A stretch of DNA of 63,304 nucleotides, the filler included. It is 11 parts of 11 records of this genome, joined end to end, with 100 filler letters (N's around TTAATTAATTAA, not from the genome) between each part and the next. Parts side by side here need not be neighbours in the genome. Positions count along the whole stretch, not along the records: positions 43,964 to 56,722 come from SRR15195285_2709; positions 56,823 to 60,045 come from SRR15195285_2713; positions 60,146 to 63,304 come from SRR15195285_2715; 8 more parts are not named here. The stretch is one strand, 5' to 3'. The position numbers were made by a program, and so were the translations under genes. Positions within the stretch are counted from its first letter, which is position 1; every line of letters starts with the position of its first letter. The notes beneath the pieces are model-generated. The model ran no database searches and was not told the DNA's origin. It saw only the letters and a program-made list of their open reading frames with translations. Below are positions 47,873 through 60,174 of the stretch, in pieces.

Positions 47873-50800
47873 CTAGGCAACGCCGCCTGCGTACGCATTT
47901 AGAGCCTCGCACAGTTTCGCGCTTGCAAAAAGGCTGTTGACACCTTTCACCACCTCTGGCTTCTTGCTACCACTAGAAAACGTGTCAATCAGCTCTGAGT
48001 CCGTCACTTGAGACGGCTTGAGCTGGACATAGTCGGCCACAGACACACGAACACTCGTAAGATGCATACAGCAGAGCAGGCAAAGGGTAGCAAAGTTCAA
48101 AGAATACGCGGGCAATTGACTGGGGCAGTGCGTCGAGCGGACCTGCATCAGCCACGCCAATGCCTTGACTGCTAGATCCCGAACGGTATAGTTGCGCTCT
48201 TTTGTCGCCTTAAAAATCGGTTCGCCTAATGCTACGACATAAGGCGTGAGCTTTTCAACACCTGCTGTGCTTTCCAGTGCATCGTCTACGTCGGCGTCTG
48301 CCATTAGTTCCTTGCCGATGGTGATGACTCCTATCAACGCTGCGGTCCGGACCTCAGTGACGCTAGCAACAAGTAGTCCTGCGAGCTTCTTCACAGGCAT
48401 TGTGGCATCCTCGCCGTGGCGCAGCGCCGCCAAACTGAGCGCCGCCATAGCCCCCACCGAAGCGGCTTGCACTGGCAAGTTCTCGTCCGCTAAACCCTTT
48501 CCTACTGCCGCCTCACAGTTGCTACGAACTGCCGCAAGTATCTCTGCTGAGCAGCTCGCTAGCACCGACCCCAGGCAGAGCATGCCGCCTTGTCGCTCTG
48601 CCCAGGTGCCGCCATGGTCCACGAGCCACTCGTCTAAGATTTCCTCTCTGCGCGCCAGTGCGTAGTGCCCTTCGGTTAGGCAATCACATGGATGTGACGG
48701 TTTTGAGTTGTTGGGAGGCGACACTCTACACAAGAGAACGCAACGCACTGTAACGTTCCAGCCGGGTCCTCGTGCAAGATGATGCACCTTGCGGCAGCTG
48801 GAGCTGCTGCTTCGCGCACTTCATCTGCACCACGACAGCATAAACGATGGTTACGCGAATGGCATGATGCAACTCGACAGAGACATGCGTAGAGGGCAGA
48901 ACCGCGAAGCCACAACGGCACGGAGGACTGGTCTCGTGTGCTCAGACATGTGAGTTCTCAACAAAACTCTTAGTTTCAGGATAGTTAGAATTGAAAATTG
49001 TGTCTTCATCGCCATGGAGTGAATGAGGTCGTGTGTGCTCTGTGCGGGCAGCAGTGATCGTGAGTGGTATGGGCGTACCGGAGTCTGAGAACAGGTTCGC
49101 AACACAACACGGTGACAGGTCAGCCAACGCGGCTGATGTCACATTTTCGCCAACGAGCTTTAGGACTTTGTCAACTGCCTTGAGCAAATATTCTACAACA
49201 CCAACTGGATCCTCCACGTCTCCACCACCGTCTTTCAATCCCTTGTTCAGCTCTTTGACTAACGGGTCCACCTTATTCTTGGGGAAGAGTGGGAGCAATT
49301 GCTCTAGCGCCTGTACCGCCTTGGATCGCACCTGCGTGGCACTATTTCGTAGAGCTTTCGTGAAGATACCCTGTAGCTGAGGGACAAACTGTTTGATTTT
49401 GATCCCAGCCTTGCCGATCAACACTCGGAAGGTCTCCAGAATAGCCGCCTTGACTTGCCACGAGAACTTGTCACCGAACACGCGAATCAGTGGGCCGGTG
49501 ATAGGCACAATGTACTTTTGTAATGCCGCGCGGTCTGTAACATCAATCAGTTCGCCCAAGCCAGCAGCACCGGCTTCGCGATTGTCCTCGTTGCCCTTAA
49601 GCAACGCACGTTGATAGATGTCAACAAAAGGGTCCAGACCCTTCGGGACGTTGAGACCGGCGAGATTCCAGTCTGGACCTTGCTCCCTGCGCCCCTTCAG
49701 CTTCAAGTTACGGAACGCAGCGCGGGCAGGACCGATGAATCCCATCAGGGCTTGATCTTCGCCCTTGGGTCCGACCGTTTTGATCATGGTCGATATAGTG
49801 TTCCAGACACCGAGCCGCACCTCTTGATCTTCGTGGTCCAACAGTGCCATGAGGATCTCCAACGAATCAACATGGTGCTCCTGCTCGATTGGCACCTTCT
49901 CGCCGTACAGGCTTTGAAGCAGCTCGGCAGACGCCTTGCGAACTGCATTTGATGGTTTGGAATGCACCGTATCCTTGAGGCCCCGGTGCAGCTCGTTAAT
50001 CATCACCCCGATATCCTCGCTCTCAAACCCGATCGCAACCACAAGTGCCTCAGCATACTCCATTAGCTCGTCGCCCTCACCGGTACTGGTTACCTTGTCA
50101 AAAGACAAGAACAGCCCTGGTACGACACTATTGACATACATGTCCAGCGAGACATCTCCCACACCGGCCATAGTCGCCAGGCACTTCACGGCTGGTAACG
50201 TGATCGCCCTTGCGCCAACCAGCTTCGGCACAAGCGTTTGCACTAGCGAAGGCCTGACTGTCACAATTTGGCGCAGCCCGTCAAGTGCCGCCTCATTTCC
50301 ATCGCCGATTTCAGCGAGGAGGTTCGGCACAATCGAGTCTAGGGCCCTGCGGCCGAACTCGGGATGACGATACATCGCGCCAAACGTCTGAGCGGCAGCC
50401 TCGCGCACGAGTTCGTCTTCGTCGAAGAGTGCCAGCTGCACGGGGGGGATGAAGTCTTCAACGAACTGATCTATCATTGCCTTAGTCGATGCAGCGATGA
50501 CCTGCCCCAGGCCGAGGCAAATGCCTTGGCGCTTGACTGGATCTTCGTCCTGTATACCGTCCATGAGGATGGGTAGCACCATTGGCAGGACGCTGTCGCC
50601 CATTTTGTGCACCAGATCACCGAGCGCGGCACCAGCCAGCGTCTGAAAGTCCTCATTGTCGCTGGCCATCGACGAGATGATCATCGTCATCATCTCCTGC
50701 ATGACCTCCTTTAGAGTTTTCGGTGGGTTGACAACGACACTCTTCCACACATGGTTGGCTGCATGGCCGACTGCATGCGATGGATCAGAGCGCAGCATGT

Positions 50801-53800
50801 AGAGCGCGCCGAGGACTTCGTTGCGACGCGACTCTCCCAAGGCAGCGATCAATGCTTTCTGTGTCGAAGCTGTGCCCAGGCCCGTTTCATCTTCGTCCAT
50901 TACTGCCTTGCCAGATGTGCCCGTGAGCTTGTACAGCAGATCGCCTAATAACTGCACTGCACTGAGACGAATGCGCCAGTCTTCGTCGAAAAGACGTGCC
51001 TGCAGAGCCGGCAGAAGCAGGTCCAGAGCAGACCGACCGTATATTTCTACAAGCACCTTCGCAGCTCGAAGGGCGATGTCACGTACAGATTCACCTTCGT
51101 CGGCCAAGCCAGAGAGGACGGGAGGTAGAGAGTCCGCAATAAACGGTTCAAACTCATCCTGGGTTTCACAGGCTTGGGGCATGTAAACAAAGATCGAGAG
51201 CACGCCTTCGCGCACCGCAGGACGGCTGTCTCGGCATCTCTCCATTAGGTCAGGCATCATGTCCGCAAACCTATCCATGCCCAGCCCGGCGACCACTTCG
51301 CTGAGACCTTGTGCTGCACCGGCGCGTTCGACAGTCGTGCTAGACACTGCGACTTCGTTTCCATAGTCATCGAGTTCACCGGTCGGAGGGCATGCACGAT
51401 CGAGCAGGTCAGAGACTAGAGTTGGGAAAGCCGTCTCACCCATCCCTCTGACCAGCGAGCCAATTGCCTTTGCAGCAACGGCACGAACTTCCGGAATGTG
51501 ATCCATAAGCATCTGCTGCAGCTCTGGCAGTACCATCGGCAGATATGGCACCATGTCCTTCTCGTCACCTATCAAGCTGCACATCGACCCAACGATCTGG
51601 CAACCAGATTTTTTGGTCTCAGTGGACCGGTCTGTGAGACTCTTGTGCAGAATTGGCATGATGATCGCCAGGGACGGAGCATCCACAGCGTGCACGAACG
51701 CCATATCCATCAACCTTTGGAGTGCTTTGGATGTGTAAGATGCATCTGAGAGTGCATTGAGCAGGCTTTCTGAAATTTCTTTGATCTCCGGGTTGCGGAT
51801 CACTTCACCAATCCTTGATAGCGATGCCTTGGACGCAGCCTTGACCTTTGGATGAGTGTCCTGCAGCGTCTGGCAGAGCCGCGGAACCACCGTGGGAAGG
51901 CATTGCGACAGCTGCCGCGGGGCACAGTGCGCCATCGCCCCGAGTACGTCGATAGCGCCCTGTTTTGTTCGCCACGCATCGGCCTCATCGATAGACTTGA
52001 GTAGAGCAGGAAGAACGAGCTTCACGCCTTGGCCACTCAGTTGGGACATAATGGCATCGGCAGCACCAAACGCAGCCTCTCGGATCGATTCTCCGGAGTT
52101 GAAGCATTCGAGGAGCAAAGGTAAGATATGGATGACGTACGGCTCGAAGAGGCGCCCCATAGTCAAGCACAGACACTCGAAGGCCCACAACGCACCCTGT
52201 CGGGACAAGTTGTTCTTTTTGTTGACTTTCGGATCGACCATTTCTGAGAGCTTCGGGATGATCTGGTGCTGCTTCAACGATGACAAACCAAGCCCCTTCA
52301 CCAGTCCAGCGAGCCCGTACGCAGCTCCGCGCCTGTCAGCGTGACCACTAGCCTCTCCAATGACTTGCAGCACTCTGGCTAGCAGCTCTTCTGCCCGGTC
52401 TTTCTGTACCTTCATCAGCCCTGGAAGGCACTTGGAGATTGACTGTTGGACCGGCTCCGATGGTGTACTCAACGCGTCCAAGAGCCTGTCCATAATTTCT
52501 TGTGGCTTGCCTCCTTCTGCCGGCAAGTGCTTCGCCAGACCCCCCAGGCAGACAACACTGCTTTGGCGAGCACGATCCTGCACGTAGACCTCCTCTTCGC
52601 CCTGAGCGTCTGGGAAAGCCAAAAAGTCTTCGAAGATCGGGAAGATGATGTTTGCATGCTCGGCGCCCAGATCATCCATGAGTTTGAGCGTGGTATCCAC
52701 AAAGGCATCCTTGACAGCATCGACAGGGTCACCAAGCGGACGTGTAACTAGAAAGTCAAAGAGTGGCTCAACATCGTCTGCGGAGACCATCGCTGCAGCT
52801 TCGCCAAGGGTGAGCGCCACGCCCTCACGGACCATCCAGGAATAGAAGCCTTCGCTGCTCTCTTCATTGGCGAGCGAAAATGTCTCTGGTAGTGGATCAT
52901 CAGAGCCGAAGACAGTTGGGTATTCCGTGTAGAGACTTCGAAGGCTCTCGAGAATCAGCTCGGCACTCTCTGGAACTTCAGCAATCGCAAGAGCGATAGC
53001 GCGTGCAGCTGACTGCCTCACGTACGGTACTCCGGAAACCGACAGCAGCTTGACGAGGCTGTCGCACAGCTCGCTGTCAACCTGATACGCGTAAGTAGAC
53101 CATGCAAGCTCGGCCTCGGCCCGATTATCTTCGTCAGTATCTGATCTGGCACAGTATAGATAAGCTGCGACATTCATGTCCATCTCCTCGTGCGTTTGCA
53201 GCACAGGTGCTTCGGTCAAGCCAGCGAGGCATGCGCTCCGCACGTGGCTGTGCTGAGACAGCAGACTTTCCGTCACCGCTGGTAGGTCTGTGGACGTCAG
53301 CCCGAGACAAAGTTTGACAGCTAAGGTTGCCGCTAGGTTGTGCAGCGTCCCGGCGCCTCGCACGAGCACAGACTGAAGCAGCAGGCGCAGCATGTCGATC
53401 CTAGGGTACGGAACATCGGGTGCTGTGTGCAGCGCCAAGATAGCCGTTGCAGGCTGGTGCAATGCCATAGCTTCCTTACTGTTTGGATCCTCGAAACAAG
53501 CGCCTGAGAGCGCAGCACCGATTGCAGGGAATACACATGAAAACGCGGCTGGCGGTAGTGGCATTCCTTGGCATCCATCTGGTCCGGAAAGCTCACGGAC
53601 GAGCATGGTCACGCCACTTGCCAGGTCACCTGCTTTCTCGTACTCCTTGCGCATGTCGTCGGCACTCTGCAGTAGAGCAATGCAATGCACGATCTGAGGA
53701 ACCAACCGACCCACGGGTTCCGCACCCGCACCAGCCGAAGCTGCAGCCACAACGTCAGTCAAAGTCTTCACAGCTGCGCGGGAAACCGGCGGCAGTCGTG

Positions 53801-56639
53801 CGCCAACGAAAGGCATTAGCAACGGGAGAATATGCTCGTGCATCATGCTCTCTGCACTCTCCGGATCGGCCGCGACCATGCCAGCTAAAGCTTCCAAATT
53901 TTCGACGAAAGCATTGCTCAACTCTTGTAACTCGGCACGTCGGGCAGTCTCCTCCTGCAGCTTGTTCGCCGCCTTCATCTCCATCATTTCTTTTGCTGAC
54001 ATTTGCTTCGGTGGCTCCTTCTTTCCACCGCGGCCGCCGCCACGCCCTCCCTTGCCACCCCCGCGACCACCTTTCTTACCAGCGTCTTTTTTCTCTTGCT
54101 TGGCCTCTAGCTCTTTTCGCAGCTCTTCCTCCCATGCTGCATCCTCAGCCGTGTACAGAGCTGTGCGGCCACGGTCCGTTGCAGATTTTTTGACCTGCTT
54201 TTTGTCACTGGCTACAGTCACACCTGCCATGATATCCTTGAAGTCGGGGTCAACGATCACACCATCAGGCGCCAAAAAGATTTCAGTGTCCATCGATGTC
54301 AGCGCAGCTAGTTCTTCCCATCGCAGGACAGACTTCAGCCGCGGCATGAAGACCTCTCCGAACGTGTCGAAATCCCACCGAGCCAGAGACTGAATGGCGT
54401 AGTTCGCTGTCTTGCGGTCTATTGCGGAAGGGCTCGCCAGCCCTCGTTCCCCGAGAAGCAATTCTGTAATTTTCGTAAGCTGTTGCCTGAAGACAGGAAT
54501 GTTTGCCATCCTGCGAAGGCAGCGACGGCTGAAGCGATCCCAAACCATGCCGTAATCTGAACCCAGCAGCAACGGGTGGTGAGCCGTCATAATGTATGCG
54601 GTAGCATCAGCGACGGTCAAGTGCTGCGTCGCCAGCACAAGGGCTCCCGTGACAACCTCGGCCCTGACTTCGTGCACCTCGTCATCTGGCTCTGCCTGCC
54701 CAGGCGCACCCTCGCCAAACGCAGCGTACCCGTTGGATGAACCCTTCACGATATAGTCGTCTCCCAGCGAGTTGAGGTACTTGGAGAACGCGGAGAGGTA
54801 ATTCCGCGAGCGCGGCGGGCTACTGTTGAGCAGTCGCTGCGTTGAATCAATGGCAGTCTTGCGTGCAGCCGCGCTGTCGTGCGTTAGGATCATCACTAGT
54901 TCGTCGTAGACCAGGTTCAGCGCCGACTCGTCCAGTTTGTGCGAGTGATCGCGCAGCAGCAGTTCAAATAGCTGGCATACCTCCTGGACAATTTCAGCTG
55001 GGGGCCCAGCGCTACTCAACACGTTCCAGAAGCCAAGCTTTGCACCATCCTCAGTCGAGAGCAGCAGTTTCCAGAACCCAGCCTTTTCAAGCTTCTCTGC
55101 CGCGGCAGAATCAGCAGTCGCGAGGTTGATGAGCAGCCGAGCAGCCGCAACCCCTTCGCGCGCGCGCATGGTAGCCTCCGCTTTCTGCTTTGCGGCGCAG
55201 GCTTTCAGGATGTCTAGAGCTGGTGCAACAAGCTCCATTCCTTGCTGGACAAGCTCATCAGACTCTATCCCCGCCAACGCAGCCGAAAGCATGCCGCGCC
55301 GCACGGCCTCACCCTTGGCGTTCTTCAGCAGCTTGCCAAAGCTCCCCACGAAAGGTTTGGGCATCTCTGGACAGCGCACTAACCAGGAACCGATGGCCTC
55401 AAGGAAAGTGATCTTTAGATCTGGAGTTTTCTCCGCTTGCATCAAGGGCACCAGCTTCCCAACTGCCTCCGGTGCCGCGGCGCTCAGATCAGCTTCAGTA
55501 GAAGCTAGTGGGTCCAGCATCTTAATCAGCGCGAGCTTTTGCTCGGGCAATGATGCGCTGCCCAGTGCGTCCGATAGGCTGTGCATGAGGGACAACACTA
55601 ACTCGGCGTCATGGCTCTGCGCCAGGCTGCTCACTATCCTAAACGCGACCTCGCAGCGGTCTGCCTTGCCATCCTTCACGTGCTCCACGACGAACGGCAT
55701 CAGAATGTCCCTCGCCACAGCGCCCAGGTCGCAGGTCAACGCCGCGGCCAAGCGCGCCAGCGGAAGCCCCACAATGTCCGGCCCGCGCTTGATGGCCTTC
55801 GGAATGGTGGGTGAGATGATCTCAGCCAGCTCAGCCGCTGTGAGAGAAGCAAGGAAGGCATCGAAGCAAGAAAAATGCCGCTCAGCCAGGGCCTTCTTCG
55901 CACCCAGCACGCTCTTGCAGTAGAGCTCGCCCAGCTGCTGCTTGTAGTCGGCGAGCACGCCGCATTCTGCGAGGAATTTGAGGATCACGCCGGTTGCTGC
56001 CGCGGTGGAGCCATCCACAGCGAAATCGTCCGCCACAAGGGACGCCATGTAGGCGGGCGCAGCGCCCGGCACGGCGCCCAGCATCTTCAGGAACGCCTTG
56101 GACGCCGTGTGGAGCTGGCGCTCGGCAGACTTCGAGTCAGGCCTGGCCTCCGCGGCGCGTGCGATCCGCGTGAGGCACTGCGCGGCCGCCAGCACCTGGT
56201 TGCTCTGCGCCTTGCCCTCGAGCTTCGGCACGATCGCGAGCGACCAGTTCAGGATCGTGTACGCCGCCTGGCTATCGAGTGACTTCTTGGCCGCCGCCTT
56301 CACGATGCTCTTCGCGAGCCCAACGCGCGCCTGCGCATATGTCTCGCACAGCTTGGCCAGGAAGCCGGACAGGCGCACGATGCAGGCGCGTTCGCGCCAG
56401 CGCGCCGCCGCCCGTAGCGAGATCAGCACCGTGGTTGCGATGGCCTCGTTCATCATCTCAATCTGCTCCTCGTCGCACATCTCCTCCGCGAAGGCGCCCT
56501 CCAGCACCTCGATGGCGCCCAGCCGCTCCTTGACGGAGGACTCCCCGAAGGCGTAGCACACCCAACCCAGCAGCCGCTCGTCCGTGAACGACGGCGCCAC
56601 CCTCGCCCAGCGCCCCTCATCCTCAGCCCCATCGGAAGC
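47873..56639 (-). CDS. GCN1: eIF2-alpha kinase activator GCN1 (HEAT-repeat protein)
   Basis: RRGAAYGLAGLVKGLG, GRLFEPYVIHILPLLL, LSGQGVKLVLPALL, WRTKQG...AMAHCAPRQLSQCLP.VVP, DWRIRLSAVQLLGDLL, ITGPLIRV.GD. Introns 48825-49078, about 48648-48748 and 48023-48142. Confidence 0.97.
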
Positions 56640-57290
56640 CATCAAAACAATCTCACAACAATTCCCCCCCGCCGGGACAAGTGTTTGCCCTCTCCCCAGT
56701 CAATAGTATGGGGGGGGGGGGGNNNNNNNNNNNNNNNNNNNNNNNNNNNNNNNNNNNNNNNNNNNNTTAATTAATTAANNNNNNNNNNNNNNNNNNNNNN
56801 NNNNNNNNNNNNNNNNNNNNNNTTTTCGCGGCAATGCATGCTGTGCGCGCGGTGACTGAATTCGTTCCGTAGACGTCACTTGATTCACTGGTCAACGCGC
56901 TGGAATCGTCTTTTCACATTTCAATCATCCAGACCTCGCGACGCTGATCCGCCAGCTGCAGGCAGCACCACCCGCCAGTTCAGAAAAGTCATCGAATTTC
57001 TCAGCACGTATAATACAGTACGCGATGCTGCGGACGTATCCCCATAGGACCTACCGGCGGCGCCACTGAGCATTCCGCTCATGCAAAGCGCTGTAGCCAA
57101 TGCGGCACAGTACTGGTACTGATTACCCGGGTACACACAGCGGTACTGTCGAATACGAATTGGCCACATTGTTCCCGTGTGTACACACTAAACACACGGT
57201 GTACAGCCACGTACTACTCTATGTATAGCATAGGATTCTACTAGTACGGTACCGGTACTATACTATAATAGTAGCAGTAGCGGTAGCAGC

Positions 57291-57972
57291 ATGCGGCGCG
57301 TTGGGGTGGGTGGCTTGCAGCAGCGGCAGCGCCTGGCCACGGGGCGGCGCACCCTACCCGCCCTATCCGCCCTATCCACCCTGCGATACGCCACGCGCAC
57401 CACGCACACCTACGGCTACGGCCTATACGACACGCTCAACAACAACGCTGCACGACTCACAGGTACGCACACTTGCCGATGATTCGCGATCTCGCGATCG
57501 GAATGGCGCAGTCCACATTCTGCGGGGAGCGGGGGCTGCACAACATCGGTGCCGGCTGAGGGTGGTGTGTCTGTGTGGCCGTGCGGGCGCAGCGCTGCCG
57601 GCGCGGAGCTTTGGCGGCATGATGGGCACGACGGACAACCCCGGAGGCATGAAGGCGAACGCCTCCGTCGAGGAGCTCACCGCAGCCTTCCCGACCGCCA
57701 CCGTCATCGACGTGCGCGGCCCGGACGAGGTGGCGAAGGGCCCGGCGGTGCCCGGCTCGCTGAACCTGGTCTGGGACCGCGAGGCCGAGACCATGCCCTT
57801 GGACGGCCTGCCCGAGGACAAGTCCGTTCCGCTGTTCGTCCACTGAGGCAGCGGTGGCCGCGCCTCGAAAGCGAAAGCTTTCCTCGAGGCTGCCGGCCAC
57901 ACGAACGTGCTCAACGCCGGTGGGCCCAGAACGCCTGAGCTCTGGGCGTGCTACAGCGCAGGCAAGCAGTAG
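57291..57972 (+). CDS. Single-domain rhodanese (PspE-like), probable selenoprotein with in-frame TGA at 57844-57846 and putative mitochondrial presequence
   Basis: VIDVRGPDE...VPGSLN...PLFVH-TGA-GSGGRASKAKAFLEAAGHTNVLNAGG; the frame stays open and homologous after the TGA to TAG at 57970-57972. Phase-1 intron 57463-57592 joins an Arg-rich leader. Confidence 0.88.
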
Positions 57973-58276
57973 ATGCGGATGGTAGGAGTGTAGAGCGCGC
58001 GCACCCGGGCAAACAGGGTAGTTGTGGCAGATGACAGCGACGTGGCGCCAGGCTCGTAGTACCACGATCGGAAACACGTGGCAATGAGCGGGCGCGCAAG
58101 CTTGACAGCACGAGCTGGCCACCAACGAGCGACCGTTCCGGTGCGCGCGGATTGATGTACGACATGCACGCATGTGTGTTTACGATGGCAGGGCACGGCG
58201 CATCGCAGTGAGAGCGGGTCTCGAGGCCTGGCGTCGTTCACACTGACCCTGGCACCAGACTGGCTGGAACAGAGCC

Positions 58277-59737
58277 TCAGAGCGAGGGCTCCCGCGGCGC
58301 GTGGGTCAAAACACAGCGCCCGACAATGGTGCCGACCCTCAGGTCCGCGATGGCCTCGTTGGCTGCTTCGATCGGTCGCGTCTCCACGGGGATGTCTTTC
58401 TTTTCTCCCGACCGCACGTACTCCATGAGCTCGTTGAACTCGTCCAGCGAGCCCTGTCCAGCGCAGATGCTACGTCAGCACCAGAACCCACGCGCGAGAC
58501 TAGCTAGGCACCAACGGCAGGGCGTTGACAAAAAGCACGGGCAAGACGCAGCCGGGCGTATCGCACCACGAAGTTTCCCATGAGGTGCTTGTGCGCGGTG
58601 GCGAAGGATCCGACGTCGAGCTCCATCGGTCCGCCGAACAGCCCGACCTGCACCTGCGTGCCACCTCTGCGCAAGGCGTCCCGGCCCAAGCCGCTGGTCG
58701 CAGACATCCCAACAAAGTCGATCACGGCGTGCGGGCCGCCGCCGGTCGCGGCGCGGAGCAGGTCCAGCGCGTCATCGCCACTCGTGTCAATGACCACGTC
58801 CGCGCCAGCCTCCTTCGCCGCCGCGTGCTTGGTTGTGTCGGGCTCTGCGACCACGACCTGGGCCTCCGTCAGGATCTTGGCCCAGCCGATGCCATGCAGA
58901 CCCAGGCCGCCCGCGCCAATGATCAGCAGGAACCGGCCGGCGCCAGTCGGACTCGACGTGGTGCCTTGCATTGCCAAGGAGGCCTTTCTCACAGCCGAGA
59001 AGGCGGTGAGGCCGCTACAGGTGTACGTGGCGGCGAGTGCCATGTCGCAGTTGCCCGGATCGACGAGATACTTCGGATCCGGCACGATGAGATGGCTTGC
59101 GAATCCGCCGTTGTTGTTGACGCCGTAGTTACGGGAGCGGCCCATGCCTGCGACCACAAGGGCTCCACCTTGAGCTGGAGCGTGTAGCGACAGCGTGTCT
59201 CACGCACGAAAGGGAACGCACAGAAGATCTCGTCGCTGGTCGGGTCGGAGCACTGGATGCAGCTGCCGCAGCCGAGCCAGGGGTATAGCACATACTGCTT
59301 GCCGACGGTCACCGAGTCCACCCCCGCACCGAGGCCGATGACAGTGCCTCCAATCTCGTGCGAAAGTGCTAGTGGCGACATCTCGCCCCCCGCCTTCTTC
59401 GCCGCCGCCTCACGTAGGAACATACCGTCCAGTATGTGCAGGTCGGAGTGGCACAGCCCAGCCACGTCAACACGCAGCAGCACCTCGCCGGGGCCCTGTA
59501 TTGTGGCGGTATATGTGAGTATCGATAGAGAGGCGCAGCCTGAGCATGTACACATAGTAGGCGGGTGGATGTGATAGCGGGCGACATTCTAACATGGGTG
59601 GGTGGGTTGCAGGGCATCGATCGATCGCGCTTACGTACCGGCTGTGGAGTGGATAGCGGCTGCATGACGAGGTCGAGTGGCGGGGGCGGTGTGCCCTCCC
59701 CTGTGCCCGTGCAGACCATCGCTTGCCCAGAAGCCAT
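58277..59737 (-). CDS. Zinc-dependent alcohol dehydrogenase (MDR family)
   Basis: AGLCHSDLH, LSHEIGG, GCGSCIQC...C, TCSGLTAF, IIGAGGLG. Introns 59496-59638, 59148-59221 and 58454-58566; ends IVGRCVL...*. Confidence 0.93.
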
Positions 59738-60174
59738 CCTAATATCGAGCTACCCCTCTCTACGCTACACAGTATACAGTGCACTCTCTACAGTGCACAC
59801 CACTGTCGACTGCGTCCGTCGGCGCCGCGGTTAGTTGGCGCGCGCGTCCTCGACGTGGGAGAGAACCCCATGTATGTGGCCATGCAAGAGTCAACTTGGT
59901 ACTTGGCGAGGGGGGTGCGTGCGTGCGTGGTCTCGCGTGGCGGGGGGTCTGTGCGCCGGCGGGTCTGACGAGTGACGTTTGTGCGCCGGGTGCCCAAAAA
60001 CGATCCGCGGCGGCTTACGAATGCATGTACCCAGGTTGAAATGAGNNNNNNNNNNNNNNNNNNNNNNNNNNNNNNNNNNNNNNNNNNNNTTAATTAATTA
60101 ANNNNNNNNNNNNNNNNNNNNNNNNNNNNNNNNNNNNNNNNNNNNAGCAGCAGCAGCAGCAGCAGCAGCAGAAA

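Noticed and set aside
3663-60145. Repeated TTAATTAATTAA palindrome at semi-regular spacing, resembling an array or TTAA target sites
   Set aside because: It is always embedded in 44+44 Ns. It is a synthetic six-frame-stop linker, so cross-linker gene clusters were also disregarded.
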